Below, in pieces: positions 24,801 to 37,477 of a stretch of 64,000 nt of DNA. The notes under the pieces were generated by a model. The model searched no databases. It saw only the letters and a list, made by a program, of their open reading frames with translations, and was not told the origin of the DNA. The stretch lies in assembly GCF_006345805.1 (NCBI RefSeq), contig NC_043015.1:6882001-6946000 (forward strand). The letters are read 5' to 3'. Positions within the stretch are counted from its first letter, which is position 1. Each line of letters starts with the position of its first letter. Position numbers and translations under genes: made by a program. This DNA comes from Octopus sinensis. Taxonomy: Eukaryota.

Positions 24801-25074
24801 CACACACACAGGCATGCACGCACGCACACACACACATACATGTATCTATATTCATACATATATGCATATATGTAGATACATGCATCTATCTATATATGTA
24901 TATACCGGAGTAAACACATAAATGTGAAACAAGGTGGAAAAAAAGTATATATAAATATGTATATATGTATATATGTGTATATATATATGTATGTTTATAG
25001 GTATATATGTATTTATATATATATGTATGTAGATATGTATTTATATATATATGTATGTAGATATGTATTTATAT

Positions 25075-25119
<45 letters not shown>

Positions 25120-25569
25120 CACACATATATATATATATAATATATATATGTACATATATATATATATGTGTATATATATATGTGTGTGTATGTGTATATA
25201 TATAAATGTATATATAATCTATTATATATGTATGTAATGTATAATATGTATGTACATATATATGTGTATATATTTATGTGTGCGTAGTTGTAGGTATGTT
25301 TATATTTATACGTATGTATATATATGTCTATTATATATATTATATATATATATATAAATATATATATATATCTACATATATGTCTATATATATGTCTATA
25401 TGTCTATATATATATATATATATATATATAGATAAATATATATATATCTATACATATGTCTATATGTCTATATATATATATATAAATATATATATATCTA
25501 TATATATATATAAAACTTAGATATGTTTCGACAAAAGATTGGTCCAGGCCATGTCAAACTTTATAGCAC

Positions 25570-25602
<33 letters not shown>

Positions 25603-25943
25603 CAATGCAAACGTGATGATGTGGTCGAACATAGATACACAAATCTGTCTTTCTCTCTGATTGTCTGTCTGCCCATCTCTCTCAATATCTATTAGTCTGT
25701 CTTTCTATCTATTTATCTATCTGTAGATCAGTCTGTCTGTGTACGTGTGTGTGTGTGCGTGTGTTTGTATATGTCGGGTTTCTTTCCGTTTCTGTGTACC
25801 AAATCCACTCGCAAGTCCTTGGTGGGCCCAAATCTATTGTAAAAGACACTTGCTCATATTCCCACCAAGGGGATTGAACTCCTAAGCATGAGATTTGGAC
25901 ACAAACTTCTTCTCACACAGCAATTATTAACGCTTACATATAT

Positions 25944-26178
25944 ATTTCTTTACTACCCACAAGGGGCTAAACACAGAGAGGACAAACAAGGACAGACAAA
26001 GAGATTAAGTCGATTACATCGACCCCAGTGCGCAACTGGTACTTAATTTATCGACCCCGAAATGATGAAAGGCAAAGTCGACCTCGGCGGAATTTGAACT
26101 CAGAACGTAACGGCAGACGAAAAACGGCCACGCATTTCGCCCGGCGTGCTAACGTTTCTGCCAGCTCGCCGCCTTATC
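25944..26178 (-). mobile_element. SINE family A monomer with 15-bp TSD
   Basis: AACGCTTACATATAT occurs at 25929-25943 and 26179-26193. Confidence 0.92.
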
Positions 26179-26627
26179 AACGCTTACATATATCATAACC
26201 TCCACTTAGCATTCACTTCTAGGATCAAGGAGACAAACTACCCATTGAATTAGGGTGTGATTTGACGGAGCCTACCTCAGAAAGTGTTCCCTTAGAGAGA
26301 ATGTCCCTTAATAAAAGTCAGTGATACATGTTTTAAGGTTGGAATTTGTCTAAGCGGAGCTGAGTAATCCATGGGCTTCGATACAGTTTCTGTTTACCCG
26401 GAATCGTTAAGAATAATTGGATTTAACCTAATAATAGTTTCTCTGGCTCGAGATGAAAAGGAGTGGGGAGTCGAACCCGTCATCTCATGCTTGCGAAATG
26501 AAAATCAAAGCCACATGTATCCACGTTGTGCTTATGTATATACATATCTTTGTGCATATAAACACCTATAGACACATACCGATCACTAGATCAATAAAGT
26601 GAAGGATAGACAGACAGACAGACAGAC

Positions 26628-26683
<56 letters not shown>

Positions 26684-27087
26684 GGAGAGAGAGATAAAGA
26701 GATAGAGAGAGAGAGAATGATCTATGAAAAAACTGGGAGTCCCGAGGAAATTGAAAAAGGAATTTGTGCCAGATTCCACGCAGAGGGGCCAAATCCGAAT
26801 CCCAGTGCGGACTTGTTAGCCGTAGCATCTGTGCTTGTGCGTGTGCGTATGCAAAAGTGCGGTGTGTGTATATGAGTCTATGTAGGTGTGTGTGTGTGTG
26901 TGTGCCGTTAACTTTTACTTGTTTCAGTCACTACACTGCGGCTTGGTCACGCCTGTGGGGTAGCCATGAGGTGTTAAGTTGAATAAAGTGACCCCAGTAT
27001 TTATTTCTAATAACCTGCCGAGCAATGGGGACATAATCAAACCAACAGCCGTCATAACGTGGTGGTCGTGTCCAAACTCACACACAA

Positions 27088-27128
<41 letters not shown>

Positions 27129-27371
27129 CACGACGGGTTTCTTTCAGTTTCCGTCTACCAAATGCACTCACAAAGCTTTGGTGGACCGAGGCCACTGTAG
27201 AAGACACTTGCCCGAGATGCCAGTGGTCATAAACACAGAAACCCGTACACTATTCAGCACATTCACGCGAACACACCAACTAGCAAAAACTAGTAATTAA
27301 GAAACAATTAATAAAAAAACGAAATGAACCTTCAGGTGCGTCAATCATTTCTTGAACAGAACAGCTCACAA

Positions 27372-27764
27372 TATTATTTTCTACTCTAGGCACAAGGCCC
27401 GAAATTTTGGGGGATGGGGTCAGTCGATTAGCTCGACCCCAGTATGCAAGTGGTACTTAATTTATTGACCTCGAAATGATGAAAGACAAAGTCGATCTCG
27501 GCGGAATTTGAACTCATAACGTAAAGACAGACGAAATACCTATTTCTTTACTACTCACAAGGGGCTAAATACAGAGGGGACAAACAAGGACAGACAAACG
27601 GATTAAGTCGATTACATCGACTCCAGTGCGTAACTGGTACTTAATTATCGACCCCGAAAGGATGAAAGGCAAAGTCAACCTCGCGAATTTGAACTCAGAA
27701 CGTAACGGCAGACGAAATACGGCTACGCATTTCGCCCGGCATGCTAACGTTTCTGCCAGCTCGC
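27372..27764 (-). mobile_element. chimeric SINE dimer (tail-A unit upstream of tail-B unit)
   Basis: Junction GAAATACC|TATTTC at 27540|27541, with one head at ~27715-27764. Confidence 0.85.
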
Positions 27765-28651
27765 AGTATTTTATGAAAATATATACGGCTCAGATGTGTA
27801 TACTTTTTATGTGATGCCCGGGGAGAATCATGGACTCAATATTTTAAATTACAGAAGCAATCCAGCACCATGCGGTTCAAAACACGTTTTCTGCAACCCT
27901 ATTTCATTAACAAAGTTTAACTAGAACCAAATTTATCGTAAAATATTCATATGCAAAAACTCTTGCCTTAGGATCGAACCTGCTCTAAGATCGCGATTTG
28001 AAGCGAACATCTTATCCATTCGGCCGCAATTGCGTTCGCAAATGTTAGCGAGTAAATAACTTTACTACTATAGGGAAGAAGCAACAAAGTGGTGAGGAAG
28101 ATGACTGGTTAATTACACCGACCCAGTGCTCAACCGGTACTTTTTTTTTTTATCAAATTTGAAAGGAAAAAATGTCGAAGCCACCTCGGCGGGATTTGAA
28201 CTCAGAACGTAAAGCGGTGACAAATCGCTAAGCATTTTCGTCCGGCGCGCTAATGATTCTGCCAGCTACTGCCGAACGCCAGCGAAGAATAACTCAGAGA
28301 CGTACACATCGGAAGTCATATATATATATATATAGAGAGAGAGAGACAAACACAAGCATACACGCACACACACACACACTCAGACGTACACATTGGTATC
28401 ATAATATACGCACACACCCACATACAGAGCTATTAAGAGAAGCTTCATATACATAAACAGTAGCAGCAACAGGCATACACACACAGCAGCAACAGCAGCG
28501 ATAGTAGCAGTCTGAGCAGCAGCATCGGCATCGGCAGCAGCATCGGCAGCAGCAGCAGCAAGGTAGGGTGGGGGGAGACTGCGAGGGGGCGGAGGTGGCG
28601 CCATCAGCAGCGCAACAGCAGCAGCACTAGGTGCGGTAGTAGTAGTGGTGA

Positions 28652-28694
<43 letters not shown>

Positions 28695-28866
28695 GGTAGT
28701 AGTAGTAGTAGCAGCAGCGCTGGTCTCTGTGTCTGTGTGTCCGTGCCATTCTAAGCACTCTGTGATGTTGTGTAAGTGTGTCTGTTACACTCGACGGAAA
28801 GAAACCGCCCAAACTGTGTCTGTGTGTCCGTTCTGTACTTTCACTTTCCTTAGCTTTTACTGACAT

Positions 28867-29740
28867 GTGTTTTTTCCTTTTTCCTTCTTTCGTTCGTTCT
28901 TTCTTTCTTGCTCTCTTTTTTTCTTTCTTTCTTTGATTCTTCCTTTCTTTCTATCTATCTTTCTTTCTTTCCTTTCTTCTGTCTTTCCTTCTTTTTTCCT
29001 TCTTTCGTGTTTCTTCCTTCCTTTTTCTGTGTTCTTACTCTTTTATTCATTCTTTCTTTTTTTCGTTCATTTACTCATTCATTTTATTTTCATTCCTTCT
29101 ACCTTTCGTTCTGACTTTCATTACCTTTCCATTTTTTCTTCCTTCCTTCATTCCTTTTTATCGTTCGTTCATTCTTTCGCTTCTTAATCCTTTCTTCTTT
29201 CTGTCAATATTTTCCTTTCTTCCTTTCCATTTCTCTTTGAATCTTTATTTTTCTTTATTTATTTCTTATCTTGCTTCCTTCTTGCCTTCCTTCCTTCCTT
29301 TCTTTCTTTTCATTCTTTGTTATTTTTCAATTCTATTTTTTCCTTCAGTCTCATCCATCAAGCCACCTTTCTTTTCTTTCTTTTCTCCCTTTTCGTGTCT
29401 TCCTTTCTACCTTCCTTTCTTTCTTTCTGTCTGTCTTCCTTTCATGTCTTGCTTCCTTCCCGTTTGCTATCCTTCCTTCCGTCCTTCGTTCCTTTTTATT
29501 CTTTCTTTATATTTCTTTCTTTAATTCCACCTATAAATCCATCTTTCTGGCTTCCATTCTTTATTTCAAGATTTTTCTCACCTTCTTTTTCTTATTTTCT
29601 TCCTTTCACTTCTAGAAATTTCTTTCATCTTTCTTTTTTCCTTTCCTTTCATTCCTCATCCATTCTCTCATCATCTCATTTGTTGTCTTCTTTCTCTTCT
29701 CTACATACCGTTTACCTTTTATCTTTTACTTCTTTCGATC
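28867..29740. repeat. ~870-bp polypyrimidine (TC/TTC/TTCC) low-complexity tract
   Basis: Directly visible. It gives the F/S/L-rich ORFs. Confidence 0.9.
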
Positions 29741-31720
29741 ATTGCACCGCGGCCAAGCTGTAACACTGCCTTCTAGAGTTTAGTCGAACAAATTTACCCC
29801 AGTAATTATTCTATCAGTATTCTTTGCCAAATCGCTAAGTTACAGAAACGTAAACAAAGTACCGGTTGGCAAGCGATGGTGGAGACAATCACAAACCCAA
29901 ATACTCACATGCAGACATAGATACATGGTCGATGGACTTAATCAATTTCCCCTCCACAAAATCTACGAACAAAATATTAGTCGGCTCGAGGCCATAGTAG
30001 AAGACACTTGCCCAAAATGACGCGCACTGGGCCTGAACCCGGAACTATATGGTTTCAAAACGAGATTTTTTCTTTCTATTTTTCTGTATTGATTTATCTG
30101 TCTCTTTTCCTTTTCTTTGTCTATACGTGTAGGCATCCCATTTCTGTTTGTCCCTACATTCCATCAGCTTCAGAACCGGTGTTGGTGTGTTTAAGTCCTT
30201 CTAAATTAAGGTTTCGGCAGAAGAAAACGACAGAAGTACCCAGATTCACAAAAATTAAAAAATAACAATTCAATACTGGGGTCGATTCAATCGACTAAAA
30301 TTCTTCAAAGCGGTGCCCCAAAATGGCCGCAGATAATGATAGAGGCAAGCATAGTTGTGTACTTGAAAGCGCGCTTTGCAATCACGTCATTTAGGGTTCA
30401 GTCTTACTGCGTGGCTTCTTGAGTTCTACTATAATCCCAGTCCGTGTAATGGGTTATTACTAAATTGATAGACGAGAAAGTGCGTGGTATACAGGCCCGA
30501 AAACAGATGGCTCCAAAGTGAAATTAATAAAAATGATTGTATATTCATGGAGTCCAACTTTTGGTACATGGCCATCAAGTTCGAGGAAGCGGGTACGTCA
30601 ATTACATCCACCCCAATGATCAACTGGTACCTATTTTGTCGACGCCGAAACGATGAAAGGCGAAGTTGAACCTGGCGGAATTTTGAACTCCAAACGTAAA
30701 GACGGACGAAATGCTACTAAGCATTTATCCGACGGGTTAACGATTCTGCTAGGTCGGCGCCTAAAAGCAACAATATAATTACTGCAACAGTGTAATTACT
30801 ATATTAATTACTATATAATTACTATATTAACTATTTAAAATATATAATTAGAATAATTAGCAAGTAGGCGTAGTCATGACTGTGTGGTATGGAGTTTACT
30901 TCCCAACCACAAGGTTCCAGGTTCAGTCCCACATTCTTCCACCTTGCACAGGAGTCTTCAGCCTGAGGCTCAGCAAAGCCTTGTTAGTGTATTTGGTAGA
31001 AAGAAGCCTGTAGTAATTGTGTGTGTGTGTCTCTGGTGAGGTATGTGTGGCTGTGTGTATAAATATATACATATGTGTATGTATGTGTGTTTGTCCCCTC
31101 ACTGCTGCTTTACAACCGTAGCTGGTTTGTTTACGTCCCTGTAACCTAACGATTCGGCAGACGAGACAGAAAAATGGATTAGGGTTAAAATTAAATAAGT
31201 ATAGGGGACGATTCTTAAGCTAACATACTTGAAGGTGGTGCCTCAGCAGTGCTGCAGTTCAAAGACTGCAATAAGTAAATGGATGGTATAATCATGCGTT
31301 CGAATGCTGTTGAGGTCGGCAGGGATTTTAATCATCGTGGGTCGCTATGTTGAAATAAATAATAAGCATTAGCAATAGCAGTAATTGTTGTACCGATTGA
31401 GGTGGCATATAGCCAATTCCAACTGTGGCCATCCCGCATTATGGGGAGTTGATTAGGGAATAAATTAACCAACATATTCAAATTTTGCAGTGGGTACGTA
31501 TGATTTGGGGCAGATTTGGCTTTTATTTTCATTATTATAATTTTTTTTTGCAGATAACCGCCTGCAGGAGCAATTCTAATATAGTTTATTATTAATTAAT
31601 CCTAGGTCTGTTCTAAACGAACGCAAAGATGGATCAAAGAATCCCAACCAGGACGGTCGTGTTATATATGTATAGCAATAATAAATCTCTGAGCTAGATG
31701 TAAACTGTACCAGCACAGCA

Positions 31721-32120
31721 TCGTGAAATATATTTGACACCTAAATGCAGCTAACCCTTAGGGACGATGCTACTGTTGTTTATAGCCCCAGGAAGACATC
31801 TCCTCCAGCTGGCTAATCCGATCAGTATTTGCAAAGGGAAAATCATCGTTCCCATCTCTAGCCTTACGTGATGCACACATACTCGGCTTTCTGGGTAGTA
31901 AATCGTCATCAGCGTGTGGCAATGACAATCACCAGCTAGAAATGAGAACTGGTTCCAAACGCAAAATACTGTAGGCTCTTTCCAGTGACAAACCGTCGCT
32001 GATCTCGAAAAAAGGTGAAACAAGCAATAATAGATCATCTTTCCTATCTCTAGCCTTACGTGATACGCGTTACCGTCCCCTAAGGGTCAGCTACATTTAG
32101 GTGGCAAATATACATCATGA
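31721..32120. mobile_element. 400-bp fold-back element with ~46-bp imperfect terminal inverted repeats and an internal hammerhead-like motif
   Basis: TATTTGACACCTAAATGCAGCTAACCCTTAGGGACG (31731-31766) versus the reverse complement of 32074-32110, TATTTGCCACCTAAATGTAGCTGACCCTTAGGGGACG. There is a 31-bp internal direct repeat (31842-31872, 32034-32064). Confidence 0.75.
31874..31918 (-). ncRNA. decayed minimal type I hammerhead motif
   Basis: Minus strand: CACACG-CTGATGA-cgatttactaccca-GAAA-gccgag-TA-TGTGTG. It has a 6-bp stem I, an intact core and a UA triplet end, but stems II and III are poorly paired. Confidence 0.45.
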
Positions 32121-32135
32121 GATATATATATATAT

Positions 32136-32167
<32 letters not shown>

Positions 32168-32473
32168 GTGTGTGTGTATGTGTGTGTACGTGTGTGTACG
32201 AATGTACATATATATATATACATATATGTATGTACGTATATATATATGTATATATATTTATATATGTGTGCATATATATATGTATATATATGCATTTACA
32301 TATACATGTATATATATATATTTGTATATATATGTATGATGTATATATGTATGTATACATATATGTATGTATATATATGTCTATATGTATGTATATATGT
32401 ATATATATATGTCTATATATATATATATATATAAGTAGATAGATATGTGTGTGCATATATTTATATGCGCTTG

Positions 32474-32504
<31 letters not shown>

Positions 32505-33266
32505 AATATATACATACATACATATGTGTACTCCAAGAAAGTTAGGAGTTGTGGGTCCAACCCACTAAGGGATAATAGCTATCCAATAAACTGTTGGTAT
32601 AATACCCAATTATTAATACACAAGTGTTTTTTTTATTGCATTGCAATTAACTTACCTAGTGTATTAAATGGGTGAATTGTGTGTGTATATTTATACATGT
32701 GTATATATATATATATATAAGGAGAGAGGAGAAAAGGGTGACTAGCTAGATGGTTACATAGATATGAGTGTGTGCGTCTGTGACAGCGTGTTTTTATTTG
32801 TGCGCCAGTGTGTAAATATACACACATACATACCTGCATACATACATAAATACATATACGCACGTGTATGTATGTGTGCGCGCGCACACACTTATTCCTG
32901 CAGAAATAACAGGAAAAAAACTGACACTGATTATGAATATACCTCAAAGGAGTGCTATTCATATCCGGTAGCCGTTCACATAAAGATAGCGAGTCGTTGA
33001 GATAATCTGAGTTAATGAAGTTTTAGAACTCAGTTTATTACATAATCAAAAAGAGCTCAGGGAAATAACTTATGAAGGTCAATGCCATTAATTCTGATAA
33101 TTGACTAAAATGGTTTTGCACTGATTGCCTTGATTTTTTTTTTACCTTTTCCCTCTTGTTATATTTTATGTTTAATTTTATAAATTACACTTCATCAAAA
33201 ATATGGATAACACTTTTTCGTTGAATCGTAATGTATTTAGTAAAGTGCTGTCTCTGTTAAATTGTA

Positions 33267-33310
33267 GTTATACTGACGAGGTCATATATACCGAAACATA
33301 TGTCCATAGT
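33267..33310 (+). ncRNA. minimal type I hammerhead ribozyme
   Basis: CTGACGA 33273-33279; stem II GGT-catatat-ACC; GAAA 33293-33296; palindromic stem III ACATATGT; GTC with the cut after 33304. Stem I GTTATA/CATAGT is weakened (1 mismatch, 2 G-U). Confidence 0.75.
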
Positions 33311-34231
33311 GCTTTCTTGTCTGCTCTTTCTTTTAGCATGTAAAATAACTAGAGAAATTTATTGTTTTTTATCTTTTACTTGTATCCGTCATTAGACTGC
33401 GGCGGAGCTGGAACACTGCCTTCAAAAATGTTTCATCGAAGGAATCGACCCCAGGCTTTCTTTATCTTGGGAATTATTCTATCGAATCCTCTTGCCGAAC
33501 CACTAAATTACAGGGACGTAAACACACCAACACCAGTTGTCCAGTGATGGTGGCGAACAAACACAGACACAATCACACCCACACACTCACGCACACACAC
33601 AAACACACATATATATATATACGCATATATACGTATATAAATGACAGGCTTTTTTTCAGTTTCGTGCTTTCAAATCCAGTCACAAGGCTTTGGATAGCCC
33701 GAGGCTACAGCAGTAGACACTTGCCCATGGTCAAGCAGTGGAACTGAAACCAAACCATGAGTTTGGGAAGCAACATATACTTTTAGATCTTGTGAAATTT
33801 CTTTTTCTTTCCCCTTGCATTTTACTATCAATTATCACTAAAAATTTTTACTTCTGGTCTAATCGAAATATTTCGCGTTTTGAGTGTTTCAAGAGTACCG
33901 GAATCGTCCTACTCTCTTTAAAAAGACCAGTCATGTTCCGGGGTAATTTAATTATCGGATTACATTTACAAATCTGTGATGTTGAGGTCCTTAAAATGTG
34001 GACGGGTATTTATTAGGCTTCAATATGTTTAGTAATCTACAGTCTGCGCAACATTACGCCAATGCACCAATGGCGAAGACATGACTTTCTGGTTAAGAAA
34101 TCTGCTTTGGAAACACGTGATTTCCGTTCACATACTTTGCGATGCATATTTGGCAAGTCTCTTCTTCTATGGAGCCCTGGTAGTCTAATGCTTGTGAGTG
34201 GAATTGTTGAGAGAATCTACGTATAAATAGG

Positions 34232-34289
<58 letters not shown>

Positions 34290-34292
34290 TAT

Positions 34293-34501
34293 TAGAGACA
34301 AAACCACTATTTTGCAAAACAAACAAGAGGAAAGATTATCAAAACATAAATTTTAAAAATAGTCAAGAAAAATGAATAGTCCAACATACTCTTAAAAAGA
34401 TATGACGATCACGGTTAAAGTCCTTGCGATTATAGGTCTGCTGAGCCAGTATTGATTAAGTCTTTCCTTGTTTGTTTTGCAAAATAGTGGTTTTGTCTCT
34501 A
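34293..34501. mobile_element. fold-back element with 35-bp perfect inverted arms
   Basis: TAGAGACAAAACCACTATTTTGCAAAACAAACAAG (34293-34327) is the exact reverse complement of 34467-34501. It is flanked by (TA)n. Confidence 0.8.
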
Positions 34502-34593
34502 TAATATTTATAATATTTTACTATAAAATTGGATTTAATCCTAAATCTGATTTTTTTCCCTGTAATTTGGATTTATTCCCTAATATTATTATT

Positions 34594-34644
<51 letters not shown>

Positions 34645-35578
34645 TAGAGACGAGAGAGAGAGAGAGGGGAGAGATGAGAGAAGAGAGAGAGATACATTTA
34701 TAGAGAGATAGATAAATAGAAAGATAGATATAGAAATATATTTATAGATATAGGTGTATATATTTATAGGTATATATATATATATGTATATATATGCACA
34801 CAAACATATGTGTATGTGTGCGTGTGTGCGTGTGTATGTAAATATGTATATATATTATATATACTCATGAGAATCTGAAATTTATGGAACGACATCTAAG
34901 ACATAATCGTTAACATAATGAGGCACGTTTAAATGTTATATTTCAAATGGCTTTGTCTGTGGAACGAAATCGAAAACTTAATCGGAGGCTCGTCTAGCTG
35001 ATGGCGCCAAGAAGGATGGGGCCACTGAAGCCCTACAAATCATCATGTAGTTTATGAGTTGGGGAGACATAGCTGCTATTACTAGCAGACAAATCAACAA
35101 TATCGCTTTCAAGTTTTGCCACAAGGTCAGCAATTTCGTGGGAGTGAAATGCCAATTATTCCGCCGAGGTCGACTTTACCTTTCATCCTTTCAAGGTCGA
35201 TACAATAAGTTCAAGCTGGGGCTCAATGTAATTGAGTAGTTTCTTCCTCACTGAGTTCTAGGCTACTAGTTATGGTAGGAAAGATTATTTTATAATCGTG
35301 GGCTATGATCTGAGCGAGTGCTCGTAACTGTTTCAAGCAGGTTGAGCAACTGGTTTGAGACTCCCTTGTCAGCACGTTACAAACTCTGTTGTTTTTGTTG
35401 TTGTTGTTTGGTGGTGTTGGTCATCTTGATGTTGCTACAATAAATTTTGCCAAACATCCTTGGTCGACTTCTGGCTCAGCAGACCTATAATCGCAAGGAC
35501 TTTAACCGTGATCGTCATATCTTTTTAAGAGTATGTTGGACTATTCATTTTTCTTTAAGTGTTCCTTCTTTATCTCAG

Positions 35579-36055
35579 ATGCAGGAGTGACTGTGTGGTA
35601 AGTAACTTGCTTACCAACTACATGGTTCCGGGTTCAGTCCCACTACGTGGCACCTTGGGCAATTGTCTTCTAGTATAGCCTTGTGAGTGGATTTGGTAGA
35701 CGGAAACTGAAAGAAGCCTCTCATACATACACACATACTTCTTAATAGGTTGCATGTACCACGTCCTCGGTTCGTTGTTTTTTTTAGTTATATCCCCGTT
35801 TTTTTTGGGGGGGGTTGATTATATATACATGTATGCGCGCGCGCACGTGTGTGTGTGTGTCTTTGTGTCTGTGTTTGGCCCCCCGCTATCGTTTGAGAAC
35901 CAATTATGGTGTGTTCATGTCGCCGTAACTTAGCGGATCGGTAAAAAAGGCCGATAGAAAAAATAGCATGCTTACAAAGAATAGATCCTGCGGTCGATTT
36001 CTTCGACTAAAAAACCAGATGGCTGCGGTCAATGACCAAAACAAATAAAGGAATA
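35579..36055 (+). mobile_element. SINE family B, diverged
   Basis: Head GCAGGAGTGACTGTGTGGTAAGT, CORE-like GTGGCACCTTGGGCAA, internal simple repeats and tail TGACCAAAACAAATAAAG. Confidence 0.75.
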
Positions 36056-37068
36056 AATGAATGTGTGTGAGTATATGAGTGCATGTGTGTATACGCGCGA
36101 ATACTCTATACGTACACGTGTGCTTGATGCATATAAGAACACTCGTACATTATCTTTCGACCATATACGTGCGATGCAGATATGTGCCAGAGATACACGC
36201 GTACACACTCATAAATCACATATTCATACTCAAATATATGCATACACTGGATTATCAAGTTAAGAGACTGCATAAATATATGTTATGGTTATTGAAGGAT
36301 AGAACTTTTCTTTGGTAAATAAATCGGTTAGAAATAACAGCTAAAATCATCTCAAATCATCCACCTGTTGTCATAAAGAAAGCAACGAAAGTGACATTCG
36401 ATGTTGTGGGCCTAGAAACATTACAAGAAATAACGGCTAAATGTCCCTCAGATGATCCCCTACTATCTTCAATATTGAATGTAATGGTGGTTTGAGTAAG
36501 TCTATAAAATTGCTAGAAATGTCAGCCAAATTTTCTCCAAAGGTAGAGAATATCGTGTTGTTATATTTCAAGCCTAGAACTAACAGCCAAATAACCCTCC
36601 AAAAATCTTTATATCTTAAATAAAGAATGCAACATCACAGAGGACAATTTTATAAAAATGCTGGATACCACAGCCCAGTATCTAAAATAATGAAGATGAT
36701 AGCAACAGAGAAGGTCTGCAAAAAATAGCAGTGTATTTCCCTAAAATCAAATTCTGCCATCTCTTTTACTTGTTTCAGTCATTTGACTACGGCCATGCTG
36801 GAGCACCGCCTTTCGTCGAGCAAATCGAACCCGAGGCTATAGTAGAAGACATTTGGCCAAGGTGCCACGCAGTGGGACTGAACCCGGAACCATGAGTTAA
36901 GAATCTAGCTTCTTCCCATATAGCCATGCCTGCGCGCGCGCACGCACACACAAACACGCATACACATATACATGTATGCACGTGTGATGTTTAAATGGAC
37001 ATACATTTATATGTGTGTGAGTACACGCAATTCAGTGTTCATCTGTATGTGAGAGATACTCAACGATA

Positions 37069-37450
37069 TCTCTCTCTATATAAACGGCAGTTTGTCTGTG
37101 CGTGTTTCTGTGTGTCTGTTTGCTTGTACCCTCACCCTGACCACGGCTTTCAACCGATTCTGATGAAACTTGACACACACATAGACCAATGTCATAATTC
37201 AAAACTAACGCAGAGAAAATTTTGAAAAGTTCCCCCAGTTCTGAAAAAAATCGATAAATTCGACATGGGGTCGAGAATTAGAAACACAAACCGCAAACTG
37301 TCATGGGGACGCAACTCCACCTTTTTTAACTAAAAAAAAATTTACCATAATTTTTTTCCATTTTTTTGCTATATTTTGGCTATAACTCTCTAAACATGCT
37401 TTATAGTTATTTCCCTTACAAACCTGAGCAACGCCGGGCGATACTGCTAG
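37069..37450 (+). mobile_element. non-autonomous Helitron
   Basis: Host A(37068), then 5' TC, ...GCAACGCCGGGCGATACTG-CTAG(37447-37450), then host T. This is the canonical A|TC...CTAG|T arrangement, with a short GC-rich subterminal palindrome and internal (GTCT)-like repeats. Confidence 0.75.
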
Positions 37451-37477
37451 TTGTGAATATAATATACGTGTAGATTA

